From assembly GCA_965153285.1 (NCBI GenBank), contig OZ229110.1: DNA of 64,000 nt, one strand, 5' to 3'. This document shows positions 38,116 to 51,790 of the stretch, in pieces. Positions within the stretch are counted from its first letter, which is position 1. Each line of letters opens with the position of its first letter. Source of the stretch: Podarcis tiliguerta. Lineage: Eukaryota. The translations under genes were made by a program, and so were the position numbers. The notes under the pieces are model-generated. The model was not told the DNA's origin, ran no database searches, and worked only from the letters and a program-made list of their open reading frames with translations.

Positions 38116-39636
38116 CACTTGATGACTGAGTTCTTCTATTAACATGTTTTATTTGGGAAATAAGCGTGGAGACTTATTAGTCGCACAGCCTTGTTATGGA
38201 GCTTCTGACACATGTACACATGCCTCAGGATATTTTATTAGTTTTTGGAATTGGCTTTACATCTTCTGTTGGATACCTTTTTTAAAAAGTGCCTACTTCC
38301 ATCATTATATTTTTGATTTCTTTCTGAATCAGAAAACAATGACCAATGTGAAATTTGTCAACTCAAATCTGCAACACTACGTTATTAGCAACACAAAGGG
38401 GTAAATGCCCTTTTCTTGTTTATAGTGCCCTTTTTGTCAGCCAAAATAAATTTCATCTGAACAGACACAGAGAAGCAGTTTTATTACACAGAATGTAAGA
38501 GCCAGCACTGTTCCAATTGTTCTTGGCAGATGCACAAGAACTACACCAAGCTCTGATTGGAAAACCCAACTCTGGAAAATATTTTGCATCTTTTATAAAT
38601 ATATTTTCCCTCTGCTTCCCTCTCTCTTTTCCCGATTGTTCTGTATTATCTGGCATTGTTCCTAAATAGTAAATGGCAAAACCATACTTAGTTGCTTCTT
38701 GCTTCAATCTTGTGACAAATGCATCTTTGCAGTGGTTTCCACCTTGGTTAAAAACCAGCTCTTGCGCGTTTCTGTCTTCTTCCTTTTTGCAATATTTTAA
38801 AAAACAAAACACTATTGTTTCAAGAGGAATAGATGTACCCCAGCTCCTGAGATATTTATCATGGGTTTGGGAGCACACTGGGGAACCTCTGGTGCTGGTA
38901 GGTGTTTTCCCAGTGGAAGCAAGAGATGGAGATCTGACCCTCACAAGAGCTAGAAGACTGCAGAATGAAAAACTTAAAATAAGAAGTACAATGGTTGTAC
39001 TGTATACTGATTTTTAAAAAAATAGATATATACTTTTGTACATAGTGGTGATTTTGCTAATTTTGAAAAATACAAGACTAAGCACACAGCCCTTTCTTCC
39101 TCTCATTCTCACCTTTCACAAACAACACATTAATATTTAAAGGGGGGAATGGATGTTAAACTTTCAGCACAAACTTGAAATTAAAAAGAGATTTCTCACA
39201 TTCATAACCCTGTGCAGCACAGATTTATTGGTTTCAAAACTTCTTGCATTTTTCCATATTGTGAAGCCTTGAGTATTCACCAGAGATATAGATATAGTGT
39301 TTTAATATACTGCTGCACAGAGGAGCAGATACAGCCAAATAATTAATATCCAGCATGAGAAATCAACAGAGGTAGTCATGGGATTGCAAAAAGGAGACCA
39401 AAACATGGCTACAAGTACCACAGAGGGACTGGAGTTCAAAAGGAAGGGGAAAATTTTATGGATCCTTAAGGAAAACTTTGCTGCTTCATTTTATTTAATT
39501 ATCTCAAATAATTATCCAAAGATAGCAGCTGGTTTTAATGCTGAAATTAAATTCATAAACATAAAAAACACATTAACACTCCTTGCTCCACTGTGTAAAA
39601 TAAAGGATGGCATTCTGTGACTTACAATGTCATTTT

Positions 39637-39770
39637 CCAAAGTGGGTAAACCTGTGGCCCAGGTTGCTGGCTCCAACTCCTATCAATCTCAGCCAGCATG
39701 GCCAATGGTTAGAGATAATGGCAGCAATAGCTGCAGCAACATCTAGGGGGCCACAGGTCCCACACCTATT
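39637..39770. mobile_element. Decayed palindromic hAT-type MITE
   Basis: aacctgtggccc ... gggccacaggt inverted ends; cagcatggccaatggt core. Confidence 0.65.
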
Positions 39771-40212
39771 GTACAGATCCCACAACTGTAATGGTGCCTT
39801 GGAACAATGATGCCAAGGGGCAAGGCAGTGGTCCATCTTTCTTGGACATACATAAATGAAAGCCTAAAATGTGATAGATGGACATCAAAACAAAACAAAA
39901 CATATGATAAAGGACCTTTGTTTATCATGGCTGTGGCTCTTATGATGAAAGCTACTGGGTGATCTGCAAAAGATCCTGTCTTAATGCAAGTTACATAACC
40001 CTTAAGCGTGTGATCAGCAGCAGTTGTCAATGTGGGTTTAAACGCATCATTTGGAACTCAAATATATCCAGGGATGGCAAAAATAGCTTTCTGGCATTCT
40101 GCCATAGGCATAGGCTGAAATCAAGCTCAGATTCAGAGGAGGTGTGGTGTGTTTGTTTCTGCACAAGCTTGTACAAGCCAGCACCAAATATTTAGGAGCC
40201 AACTCTGTATGT

Positions 40213-40577
40213 AAAGGTAAAGGTAAAGGTAAAGGGACCCCTGGCCATTAGGTCCAGTCGTAACCAACTCTGGGGGTGCGGCGCTCATCTTGCTTTATTG
40301 GCCGAGGGAGCCGGCGTACAGCTTCCGGGTCATGTGGCCACCATGACTAAGCCGCTTCTGGCAAACCAGAGCAGTGTACCCAAACGCCGTTTACCTTCCC
40401 ACTGGAGCGGTACCTATTTATCTACTTGCACTTTGACGTGCTTTCGAACTGCTAGGTTGGCAGGAGCAGGGACCGAGCAACGGGAGCTCATCCCGTCGCA
40501 GGGATTCAAACCGCTAACCTTCTGGTCAGCAAGACCTAGGCTCTGTGGTTTAACCCACAGCGCCATCCACGTCCCTT
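40213..40577 (-). mobile_element. Full-length Sauria SINE
   Basis: (AAAGGT)n tail at left and tRNA head at right; 12-bp TSD aactctgtatgt at 40201-40212 and 40578-40589. Confidence 0.95.
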
Positions 40578-43500
40578 AACTCTGTATGTGCATAGGTAAA
40601 ATACTGTATCTTAATGACATCAGACAAATGTTTAGTTGCCCAGAGAACTAGGATGCTAAGTTTCTTCTTTTCTTGGGCTCTGCGCGCCAGCACTTAACTC
40701 ATTAGGGTTGAATTATTTTTATTTTGACTAATTTTGCTTGTTATCCATGCTACAGAGGAAGCATCCTGTCTCTGTGGTGCCTTTCAAAGTGCACTACAAG
40801 AGAACATTTGGGTTGCTCGTTCTCTCATTGGCAGCAAATAAAGCAACTCAACCTCTCTAGTGAGGAACGATCTGGTTAAGCAGAAAAGCATGCATCTAGG
40901 TGGTGCCCTGGGCACTAAGCTCAGATATGCTACACAGCTACAATATATTTTCCTCTTTAAAGGTCAAGCTGACAGGCAGCAATACCCATACTATGGTACA
41001 ACTAAATCTCTAAGCCTAGGATGGAAGGAAAAAAAACCTTAAAACTACTGAAGGATCAGCAAGTGAAAGTCCCACCCCCTGAGGGGTTGCCAATATCCTC
41101 CATCCACCCCTACATTTTACATCTAACGGCCCTGCAAAGTGGTCCAGATAAGAACAACACTTAGAAACAGAACTGTAGCACACTGATTGCCTGCTGGCAG
41201 CATAGCTTACTGGGATGTAACAAGAAACACTGCTAGTCAATCACTGCAGCTTCTCAAATGTGAGCTCTCGATTAGGTCTCTGGTGGATTTTTTTAAAGGC
41301 GAAAACTCAGTTGCCCTTATCTTACAACTACACACTAAGATTAGCAGCCAGGATTCTTATAAGTTTACAAAATCCCTGCTTGTGTTGCAAGCCATTTCTG
41401 CTGAAGTGGCTAGACTGCACTATCTGCCAGTCTGTAACATGCTTCAATTTTTAGTTGCTCCCCAACTTTAACATCTTACCTTTGAGCTACTTCAGACAGA
41501 TCTTGAGGGATGCACATGATACATTCCCCCATGTGACAATACCTCTCAATTCATATCGGGAGGGGGGCGATCACAGCTTTGAAATGAAGCCCTCCATGTC
41601 TAAAACCTCCTGAAAGGCAAACTCATCACGCAGAAACTGCATTATCAGATGCAGATAACAAACAGCATCTTTATTATCAGACATATCAGGTATAGTTTAC
41701 CTGAGTGCACACAACACAAACTGCCACCTGATGACAACAGCTGTTCCTCCTCTTCATCATCACTACCTTGCCAGCCCCTTCTGTGCTGCTACTCTTCAGC
41801 CCAATGTAGCATCATATGGAGGAGTAAAAACAGTTGTCGGTGTTTGTTCCCTTCTCCTGCCCACCCCAGGGTCATGGGATTGTGGAAGTAGCAGCACTCA
41901 CTCACCAGCCAACCAACCCATTGGGGCAGAAGGAGAGGGTGGGTGGGCAAGGACACTGCTGTCAAGGTAACAGCTGTGCTGTTCTTGTTCGTCCTCCATA
42001 GCACTACTTTGACTGTGCCCAGAAAAGGAGGAGGAAGGAAAAGGAGAGGCTGAGGGAGCAGGTGGTGGTGGTGAAGAAGAGAAACAGCAGCAGCCTCTGT
42101 TGACATAAGGGAGAGAGGAGAATAAGCATGCTCTGGCAAGCACAGCATCAATCTGGGTATATGAGAGTGCGGTTGTAAAGAGGGTAGGAGAGATCCACTG
42201 CAAGTCTCTTGGTCTTCACCAGCCATAGAATGCTGGCTCTCTGTTGTGCAGAGTGAATAGAAAACCAGGGGAGTGGAAAGGATGGGGCATCCTAAAAAGA
42301 GATGGGCTGGATTTCTTAAATTTCTTAAGAACAGCCCTGTACACTGGAATGTTTTGTTTTCAGGCCCTACTTGTACAATTCTATCTCTGACACAGGTTTA
42401 GCCCTACAAACTACGTATCTGGATAGGAGACCATCTGAGTTTGTGGGGAAGTGAAATCCATATAGACTCCATATAAGAACCTTTAAGATACCATAAAGCA
42501 CATTGTGTATTCTGACCAAGTTTTCACAGCTCTGCTGGCAAACCCAAATTTCCTGGGCAGAATTACTCAAGACACCGCTCCATTGTTCACGAACAACCGT
42601 GCTGCAGCCAGCAAACTGTACCACACAATTTCCTCCAAAGCAACTGAAAAGAAAAGGGCAGTGAATTACAAGAAGTTATTTATTCCTGAGAGTAGATTAA
42701 TCCAAGCACCCTTGCAAAGTCAGAATTCAAAAGAATTGGGCATGAGTGCTGGAGGAGGAGGAGGAAACTGGTAGTTCCACAGTTGGAGAACAGAAAAAAA
42801 TGCCTTACGGCTCAGAGAAGCCCCAGAAAATCCAGCTGTTAGTGTCTGGCAAACAGAAGTTACATAACTCCCTTCCTTCCTTACAGGCACTCTGCATTTT
42901 GACTGTCTTCCTTTCCCATTTAAATTTACTGTCTCAGTAATTTCTTATTGATCTGCACTTCAGCATAAGTTATTTCACCCGATTCACCCTTTTGACAACC
43001 ACTTTAACAAAGTGCACATTTCAAAACAAACAAAAAGCTCCCTTGGACTCCCCACCCCTGCCATTTCACATCTCAAAAACTGACACTTTTTTTTCTTGCA
43101 CAAGAAATGGCCATTGGGGCCTTTTTGTTCTTGAGTTTTATTTGTGTTCTTTTTGAGAACTAGAGAGAGTAGTTGATCAAGCATAAGCCCTGAGGTCTGT
43201 TCTGGGTTTTGGTCTGTTCTTTAAAATGTGTGGCACAGAAAACTTAAAGAGAATTTGCTAGAAACTCTGATAGCTTTAAGCAATTCTCTCACACGTCGCT
43301 GTGTTTTAAATGGTAGCTCCATAACAACCAGTTAAAATTACTTATGCAGGAGAATGAGAACAGAAAAGAATGAGCACTGAGGATGTTTATGGGAAGCCGC
43401 TCAGGAAGAACTTACGGACTTTAGCTGTTCTTCATTGTTGCTCCCCTCCCCAAGTATCTTGTTTTTGGCCATGGAAGTATCACACAGCCATGGTCTTCCA

Positions 43501-43598
43501 TGATTTTGTCTGATTTCCTTTCAAAGCCATCCAACAGTGCCATCCTAAACCACCTCCAGAGTTAAGTCCTAATGAATTCAACTAGGTTTTCAGTCTAA

Positions 43599-43861
43599 AG
43601 GCTTGTCCACACTTCCGCTTTCTTGTGCCTAGAAAGCACCGGACTGAGCAGCTTTCTGCTTGACCCACATTTTCTCAGCATGGATCTAAGCACTTTTCTT
43701 CTTGCCCCATTACTTTCCCAGAGAAAACCCAGCCTTTAGTGCTAAACTGGAGCAAACATCAATCCAGAGAAAACCCAAATTCCCATTTGCTCTGACTGAG
43801 TGCTAAAGAGCAGTTTTCCCCAAGTGAAAGCAGTGGGACAAAAGGAAGTGTGGATAAGCCC
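43599..43861. mobile_element. PIF/Harbinger-type MITE
   Basis: 18-bp TIR aggcttgtccacacttcc / ggaagtgtggataagccc; 3-bp TAA TSD at 43596-43598 and 43862-43864. Confidence 0.8.
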
Positions 43862-44046
43862 TAAGTTGGTGGCCATCACCACATCTCTTATAGTGAATAA
43901 CATAGCACAAATTCAGCCGGAATCCCCCACCCTTCAGCTTTATTGAATGATCTTGAGAAAGAGCAAACAAACAAACAAAATCTTTGTCTACACTCACACC
44001 ATAAATAACTATATACTTCTATCACATTCCCACCTTACCCACCTTG

Positions 44047-44146
44047 GAGTGTTTCCAACTAAGTTCTACTCAGAATAGACTCACTGAAATAATGAACCTA
44101 AGTTAGTCATGTCCATAAACTACAGTAGGTCTAACATTGGATACTG
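44047..44146. mobile_element. Short MITE inside the CR1 fragment
   Basis: tttccaa ... ttggatac ends with ctactcagaatagac and taagttagtc core; CR1 sequence resumes on both sides. Confidence 0.45.
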
Positions 44147-45849
44147 CTGCTTTTTTCTAAACGAAAAGCCCCAAATGTTGTAACCTTTCCTCATAGCAGC
44201 TTTGTTCCAGTCCCCTCTTACCATATTGGTTAACCGTTTTGGCGCTTTTTCTAGCTCTGTGATATCATTTCTGAATGAACTCGAATAAAATGTATGCTTA
44301 CATGTGGACATGCATGTAAACACCTGAAAGAGGTTTTACCATCCATCTGCGCACGCAGCATTTTCCTTAATGCCGACACCAGTTTCTTTTATCGGAAGGG
44401 ATCAATTGTCCAAAAGTTGACCATGTAGAGGAGGCATGTGGGAAATGGGTGAGAGGCAAAACAAAAGGAAATTAGATTCAATGGAAAACAGCTTCAAGAT
44501 TTCCATTACAAAGAACTTTTAGAAGCAGTGGATAAAAATATGCAGTTTAGATATTAAGCCTAGCTACTACACTATACATAGATCTACTCCAATTAGCATT
44601 CTGTAAATATTGAAGTTGGGTTCATTTTTGTTCTTCTGCTTTCATTTTCTCACAAAGACAACTGCAAAGGCAGTCTTCATTTTTTGTACAGATTTATTCT
44701 TAGCTGTCAAAAGGATAGCACTCCTGCTGTTAAGAAGGACAGGTGTGATATTTTCAAAACAAATATGCTCAATCCCCAGTGAAATCAGAGTGCAATTATC
44801 CTATTTACTTGCCTTGCTTTAGCAATAATCAATATAACATATACTACCACTACTGCCAGGCCAGGCCTGGCTTGATTTCCTCTGAGAGGGTAACTTATTT
44901 GCTGGGATCATTCAGCTAGGAGTAATTTCTCCCTCCCCTCCCTTGCTGCCGCCTGTCACATTGAAAGGCTCACTCCTGCTCGGGAATGAATGCAAGTAGT
45001 TTAATTAAGTTGAGTGTATGGAAATGACAGGCACTTCATATTTCTATATTACAATATGCTTTGCATCCAGGAGCAGAGTGAGAAAGTTGCAACCCAATAT
45101 CCAATAAAAGAAAATGTAAGGGCAACCACGGAGCCACTTCCAACAGGATTTATCTTTGCTTCTGCTTTTATCCATTTTTTACACGTGTGGGAAACCCAAG
45201 GCTTATAATTTTAAGGCGGTTGGGATTCTTCTGTCAGGAGAGCCTCAAGGGTTCATCAACTACAGCTATCTTGGTTCAGTGGCAGCTAGGAAGTGATGAA
45301 AGATGAGTAGAGGAAAAGGTGAAAAGTGATAAGGGAGAGGCATTAATCTGCTGCCCCCTCTCCCCCCCTCCAGGCAAGCTTAAGGCATTGGTCAGTGTCT
45401 AGCTAAGGTGCAAGATTCAATATAAAAGCACAGCAGAGTCCATTGTGCAAGAAGGTACTCTGGTTTATAGCTTGCTGCAAAAAATATTTCATAGAGTTTA
45501 ATGGCAGTTTATGAATTCCCCTGAGGTAGAGCTCCTTGAAACCCCTCAATTGGCTGGCAGTTTGCCTACAGAGAAAGGAGTATGCAGTATTTTAGTGGTG
45601 CCAGACAATCAATTTGAAAGCCTCATCTCAGAACCTCAACACTCTTAGTTTTCACTCAAAACTCGTATATTGAAAGTTGATGGAAAGTGGGGATCTGCCT
45701 TTGGCCTCCTCCTCATTCACTTCTCCTACAGCAGCTCCATAAGTCACTTTTCAGAAAAAAGTGCCTAAGAGCAGCACATCTGCCACACTCCTGAGCTATT
45801 TCCCGTCTCACCTCAGGCAGCAAAGACACCAGGCTTAATCACACCTAAC

Positions 45850-45952
45850 AATTTGCAACCTTCCCTGGCCTTGTGCCTCTCCAAACCTTGCTGGACTACA
45901 ATTCCCATAAACCCTTGATGTTGGCTATGCTAGCTGGGGCTGATGGGAGTTG
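45850..45952. mobile_element. Left part of a palindromic hAT-type MITE
   Basis: ggactacaattcccat...gctggggctgatgggagttg, similar to the 21565 copy; right arm missing. Confidence 0.6.
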
Positions 45953-46645
45953 GAAAGGATCCTAAGGGTCATTTAGTCCAACCCCCTGCAATGCAGGAAT
46001 CTCAGCTCTTAGTCATCCAACCTCTGCTTAAAAACCTCCAAGGAAGGAGAGTCCATCACCTCTCATGGGAGTCTGTTCCACTGCTGAACAGCTCTTACTG
46101 TCGAAGTTTTTCCAAATGTTTAGTTGTAATCTCCTTTCTTGCAACTTGAAGCCATTGGTTCGAGTCCTACCCTCCAGAGCAGAAAAACAGAAGCATGCTC
46201 CCTCCTCCATGTGACAGCCCTTAAGTTATCTGAAGATGCCTATCAAATCTCCTCTTAGTCTCCTCTTTTTCCAGGCTAAACATGCCCAGCTCCTTCAAGT
46301 ACTCCTCGTAAGGCTTAAGTTTCCAGATCCTTGATCATCCTGATTGCCCTTCTCTGCAGACGTTCCGGCTTGTCAACTCCTTCTTAAAATTATGGTGCCC
46401 AGAGTTGGACACAGTATTCCAAGTGTGGTCTGACCAAGGCAGAACAGAGTGGTATTATTACTTCCCTTGATCTGGACACTATACTTCTGTTGATGCAACC
46501 TAGAGTAGCATTAGCTTTTTTTGCTGCTGCATCATACTATTGAGTCATGTTAAGGTTGTGGTCCACCAAGACCCCTAGATCATTTTCACATGTACTGCTA
46601 GTAAGCCAGGTGTCCCCCATCCTATATTTGTGCATCTGGTTCTTC
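45947..46645 (-). mobile_element. 5'-truncated CR1 (about 700 bp), a different subfamily from the full-length copy
   Basis: Collinear with 14635-15345 (EGRTRTNGFKLQERR; ctggacacagta; cacatgtactgc) with frameshifts; 3' UTR cctgcaatgcagg matches the 9926 copy. Confidence 0.92.
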
Positions 46646-49600
46646 TAGTTTAACTTTAATCTGCTCGTATTACATAGTTCATAATATGTACTAGAAGTAT
46701 TTAATTTAGAATAAAATCCTGTGATCCAGAAAAGTTCCTTTGACGAGCTAGCACATTAAACTTTCAGTTTCTTTCATAGTTGAGCCATCTTAGGTTAGCA
46801 TCTTGTGCCTGCACAGCAGAAAAGCTAAACCCATGGCATGTATATTTTAAGTGCATTGAAAGTTAGTGCTCAGACTTAGTGCTTAACAGGCATGTTATTA
46901 CCATACTCAAATATGGTCTGGCAATTTACCGGTGAGAGATCTGGAGTAGGCCTCCAGCTTGCCTTTCTGCGATAGAATAAAAAGAGGAAATCCTGCATTC
47001 ATCTGAAGCAGGAATCACTCTGAACCTGTAGGTTAGAACCTGCTAAAAAGAATTCCTCAGCAAGCCCCAATAAAAACTGAGGGGCAAATCGCTACTATAG
47101 CAAGCCCCAAATTGAGATAGTTCTTTCAGAATCCTGGGAAGAGCCCACTGGTTAGGCAGGAAAGATTTGCTAGATCATTCGCCAGATCATTTGTGTAGCT
47201 GCTACAACTGAACCAGGAAGCAGAGGTTTGTGGCACACCTGGTTAGGAACAGGAAGCTCCATGGGCCTGGCTAAGTCGAGCCTATATTGTCAGAGAAACC
47301 CCCGTGTACACACATTCAGTTCAGTGCAGCTTTTGTGCTGAGCAAAGGAATAGCAGCCATTAAAGCACAAAAACCAGACAGATTCTCAAATCACCTTCAC
47401 AGGTACAAACATTGTTGAAGCAGCCTCTACATTTTACAAGATTCCTGAAATGCAGTGTTCTACATCACACACTTCCACTTGTCCCATGCCCTGAAAGCAC
47501 AGGTTTGAGAGGTTTTCAGCTTGCCCCATATTATCTAGGCACAGGTCCACCAAGTGGTTTTTTCATTTTTCATTTTTTCAGATGTTTTGCCTGAAAAAAC
47601 TCGCTGCTTAGTGCTGAATCGGAAGAAACGTCGATCTACAAAGAAACTGGAAAGTGGCAGGACAAGCAGAAGTGTGCATGTCAAGTGTGTGTGTTTTATC
47701 AGAGAAAATACCTCATCCTATTCAATGTGAATCAGGATGCTGCTGATGCAGTGAGGTTTACAATGCAGGAATACACCATAACCACAGCACAATTTGTTTC
47801 TGACCATATGCTGAGCCAATTTGTTTCATGTGAAAATAAGGCAATTTGTTCCATTCTCATTCACACATTTGCCATGTTCTGTAGAGAAAAGCGGGAAGCT
47901 TGCAAGGGCAGACTGGGGATGCTCCACTTTAGTTCCAAGAGAGCTCAATGAAATCTTCACTAAATGAATGAAGCCAATTTAATATTCCAATACCCGACAG
48001 AGCCAGGGGCTTGAAGGGAAGGCTAGAAGTATAGTGTTCATATAAATTGCTTTTTTGTGTGCTCATAATGGTTTATTGCTCAGTATCCTCAAGTGGTAAA
48101 AGAATCATTTGCTCTACTTCTACAGACTGAAAGCATACAAATTAATAATTCCCAATCTGTATGGAACTATCCTATTTGTTTACTTGGGGTGATACCACCT
48201 TATGCATCATAGCCCTGTCCTGAGCCAGTTGAATTACTACAACTGTGAGCAGTACATCATAAATCTAACACTTAAGAGAGGCTTATATAAGTCTTGGTGT
48301 CCTGACTCCAGAGCTCATTATGAGGACTATAATTAATTACTAGCAAGTCAGGGGATTAGCAGAAATATAACTAAAGCACTGAGCCATTATGTTAATGCAT
48401 TTTTATATTCTCTGAGCAGGATCTGTCAAAATGTGCCTTTTCATAACTCCCCATTTTGAGTAGGAATAAATATGGCTTTCATAAGGTTGACGTTCTTGAC
48501 TTAAAACAAACAAACAAAAGTACTATTTATATTCCAATTCCAAGAAACAAAAATCTACGCAATGACAAATGCAAGCAGCAGGCCAATAAGCAGAGTGGCA
48601 AAAATATTGTGTAATTTTAAGTCAGATTCTCTAAAATGAAGCCTTTCAAAGCCCTCCTCACTTAGCTCTGAGGCTACTGCTAGTAACTAATGGGCCAAGG
48701 TTTCATTTTTGTTTTTTAGGTGTGGAAATGCAAGTGGGGGTACCCAACCTGCCTTGAAGGCAAGGCCAGCATGTGATACCTTGACTTAAATTTGCCACTG
48801 CCTCTCAGTTCACCCTAACTCCTGAGTGTGAGAAAAGTTCAGGAGTGGCAGGTTAATTTTCATCTGGGGAGGGAGCAACTGTCAGTTAACTACCCTTTCA
48901 CCAATGAGCAAGTTCAGCCAATATTCCCCTTAGTCAAAGCATGTAGCATGATAGTGCAGTCTGGCATGCAAGGCAGCAGCTGAATGAAGCTGGATAGGAT
49001 AGCTCACAAACACCCAGCTCCATCCCTCCATTCCATCTGAACTGGGATATGTGGTTGAGGTGCTGAACGAACTTGCTATTCTGCTACATGTGCAACTGCC
49101 CTCAGATTCTTGAGGAGGAAAGTTAATCAGGAGGAGCTCTCAAAATTCTGTGTGTGTTGCTCCTTAAAAATGTTGTTTCCCCACCGAAAACTGACATAGT
49201 AACTGACCTTATCTTACCCTCTCTGGTTCCCCACACTGCAATTATTCTCACTCTGCCTGTCACTTGAGAACACCTGCAACCCCACCTGTTTATTTATCAA
49301 GGCCTGACAAAGGTAGAAATGGGTTTAAATCTAATTGGCTGCCTCAGTTTAAGCCTGCACCTGGAACAACATCAGTTTCCAAGCTACAAATGAACCCACC
49401 AGTTGAAAACAAGCACATACCTGCACTTAGTTAACCTAGTAAAGGAAGGTGATATAGAATGTCTCTCAAATAAAAAGGATAGAGCCAATGCTCTGAGGGG
49501 AGGGGGGGAGAGGAAAAGTTGAATTAAAAAGTGAATTGTCATGTCAAGCTTTTTCCCCTCAACTTATAAAAAAAAAAAAATCATCAGACTGATCCCAGTA

Positions 49601-50873
49601 TGAGCATACTGATTCTTCCCCCATTAACTGTATTCTGCTTCTAATTTAGAATGGAAAAATGACAAGCTTTCTTTAACCACGTGACAAAGCTTTGTTTTTG
49701 TGCTGCAACACAAATAAAAGCTCTTATGCATCATTTCTCTTTCAAGTTTTCTTGCTGCATAAGCAAATAAACAGATACAAGGAGAAATGGGAAAAAATAT
49801 TAGCTCTTCATAAGCAGGCTTCTTAACAGCTATTTCATTGAAATGTTTATACATTAATGGGCCTTTGTGTGTTGGGAGAATAGATACATCTTGACAAAAT
49901 GAGTTACTATATGCTTTGTTTTATGTGCCTGATAAATAGGACCAAAATAATTCCAGTGTCGTTCACGTGATGAATATGAACAGCATTGTGGATAGAGTTC
50001 TGAAATCTTTCACATTATTTCTTCTCATTCTCTCGACTATGCCCCAGCTGATTGATAAAAGAGAATATTTCAAAAGGAAGGAAAATGTGGCACATTTGCT
50101 GATAACATGATGTGAGCATGCAAAAGTGCCCAAACCATTCTTCTTCATCTTTCAGGATATTTTTTTTAAGCCAATGGCAGGGTGAAGCAAAACAGCCAAA
50201 AGGAAAGAACTATGGATTTTTGTGGAACAAATCTTTAAAAGTCTGACCTTGATCTCCTCAAAGCCTCATTAAAAGGCAGAAAACTGCACAGCACAGAAAT
50301 ATATCTATATCTAGACTGTCATGCACAAAACCAAGTAATGCTAGGATAAATGGAATTCTGTTACAAGAAAAGCAGTCGGTTTCCCCATCACACACATTCA
50401 GACTCCACGGTGTTTTAGAACTTTATTTCTTTCACAATTTATTGAAAACTTACTTCACATGTCAAAGTTGTCCAGAAATGTGCTTAAACTTGCTGGCTAC
50501 CACCCCTTTGTTTCCCATGTAAATGGTAATCCCTGCATTCCTAGATCGCCGCAAGTTCAGATGCTGCTTTGGTCAGACACTAAGATAAAGCCTATGAATA
50601 CTGTGGCTGTGAAAATACGGCGCGTAATGAATTATCTGTGCTCAGTAATCTCTTCTTTTGTATGTCCTTATTTTTTAATTTTGTAACATTAATATTTAAG
50701 TTTTAGAGCTTGATCCTGCGGCAGAGCTGAGCCTCCAGACAGTAAGAAGACCTATAATCATTCAAAATGGTTGCATCAAGGAAACAAACTCGAATAAGGC
50801 CACCTTCCTGCATCACACCACAGGCCTGATTTACACATGTAATTTCCCTACACTTGAATTACTATGCAACAGA

Positions 50874-51154
50874 CAGGGCCCACCTAAGGCATTTTGACAC
50901 CTGAGGGAAACCACAAAGTGACGCTCCTGCTGCCAACAGGTGGAAGGAAACTAGCAGTGCCTCCTATTCACCAAGAGGCACTGCCGCCGCCACCACCACT
51001 GATTTCTGGGCAAAAGCAAAAAGAGGATCAACAAGGAGGGTGCAAAGGTAACATGGAGAAATAAGGCCCAGGAAGCTCTCACCAGTCCCCCCCCCCCCCC
51101 CCCGCTATTAGGCTACTCTTTTACTCACCATGCAAACCTTTGGCACCAGCCCTG
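50874..51154. mobile_element. Decayed hAT-like element
   Basis: cagggcc ... ccagccctg termini; GC-richer interior. Confidence 0.4.
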
Positions 51155-51668
51155 GTAAAGCTTCCAAGTTTCTTGGAGCTTCATACAACCCACCCCACCC
51201 CCTCAAAATTATTTCTCACACCTTTTGCATTAAGAGCTTAACTGCAGAGCTGTAAAGCAAATGGTTCTTCCCAACTTGTGCTGCCATGCTGGAAGCAGAG
51301 GGAATGAGAGTTTCCTTTTGGTGTGACTGCTGAGACAGGAAAGAATGTATTGTGTGTCTCCTTGTCACCCTTAAGGAAGACTGCATGAAATAAGGGCTTT
51401 GTCTAAAGTGAATTAAACCACTTATTAAATAGTGTTCTGTATTGGTTATAAGATGCCAGAAGGCCTCAATTATTAGGCACCATTCATGGGACCACTGGGC
51501 TGGAAGGATGTCTAGTGCAGTGGTTTTCTGTCTTTGTCCAAGGCAAGGCTGGAGCACACTGAAAACATTATCAGGAGCTAACCATAAAAAAAATCCATAG
51601 TGACAGCCAAGCTTCACTGAAGAGGAGGAAGAAGACCATTTGTCCAGCATTGCTGATCTTTCTCTATA

Positions 51669-51790
51669 CAGTGGTACTTCTGGTTACAAACTTAATTCGT
51701 TCCGGAGGTCTGTTTTTAACCTGAAACCATTCTTAACCTGAGGTACCACTTTAGCTAATGGGGCCTACCGCTGCCACTGCGCAATTTCTG
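51669..51790. mobile_element. Truncated Tc1/mariner MITE (cagtggtacc family)
   Basis: TA followed by cagtggtacttctggtta...ttaacctgaggtaccactttagctaatgggg; second TIR absent. Confidence 0.8.

Larger units (their letters stand above)
43475..44280 (-). mobile_element. Old CR1 3' fragment interrupted by several MITEs
   Basis: aaagccatcca ... agttggtggccatcacc 3' block; minus-strand translation FRNDITELEKAPKRLTNMVRG (CR1 ORF2 C-terminal region). Confidence 0.65.

Noticed and set aside
38453-39017. 163-aa and 114-aa opposing ORFs
   Set aside because: No recognisable homology, codon pattern or clear splice boundaries; length is compatible with chance.
47582-47730. Strong acceptor followed by an open frame (VLPEKTRCLVLNRKKRRSTKK...)
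   Set aside because: No good donor and no recognisable protein; a similar orphan acceptor near 22306 runs into stops.
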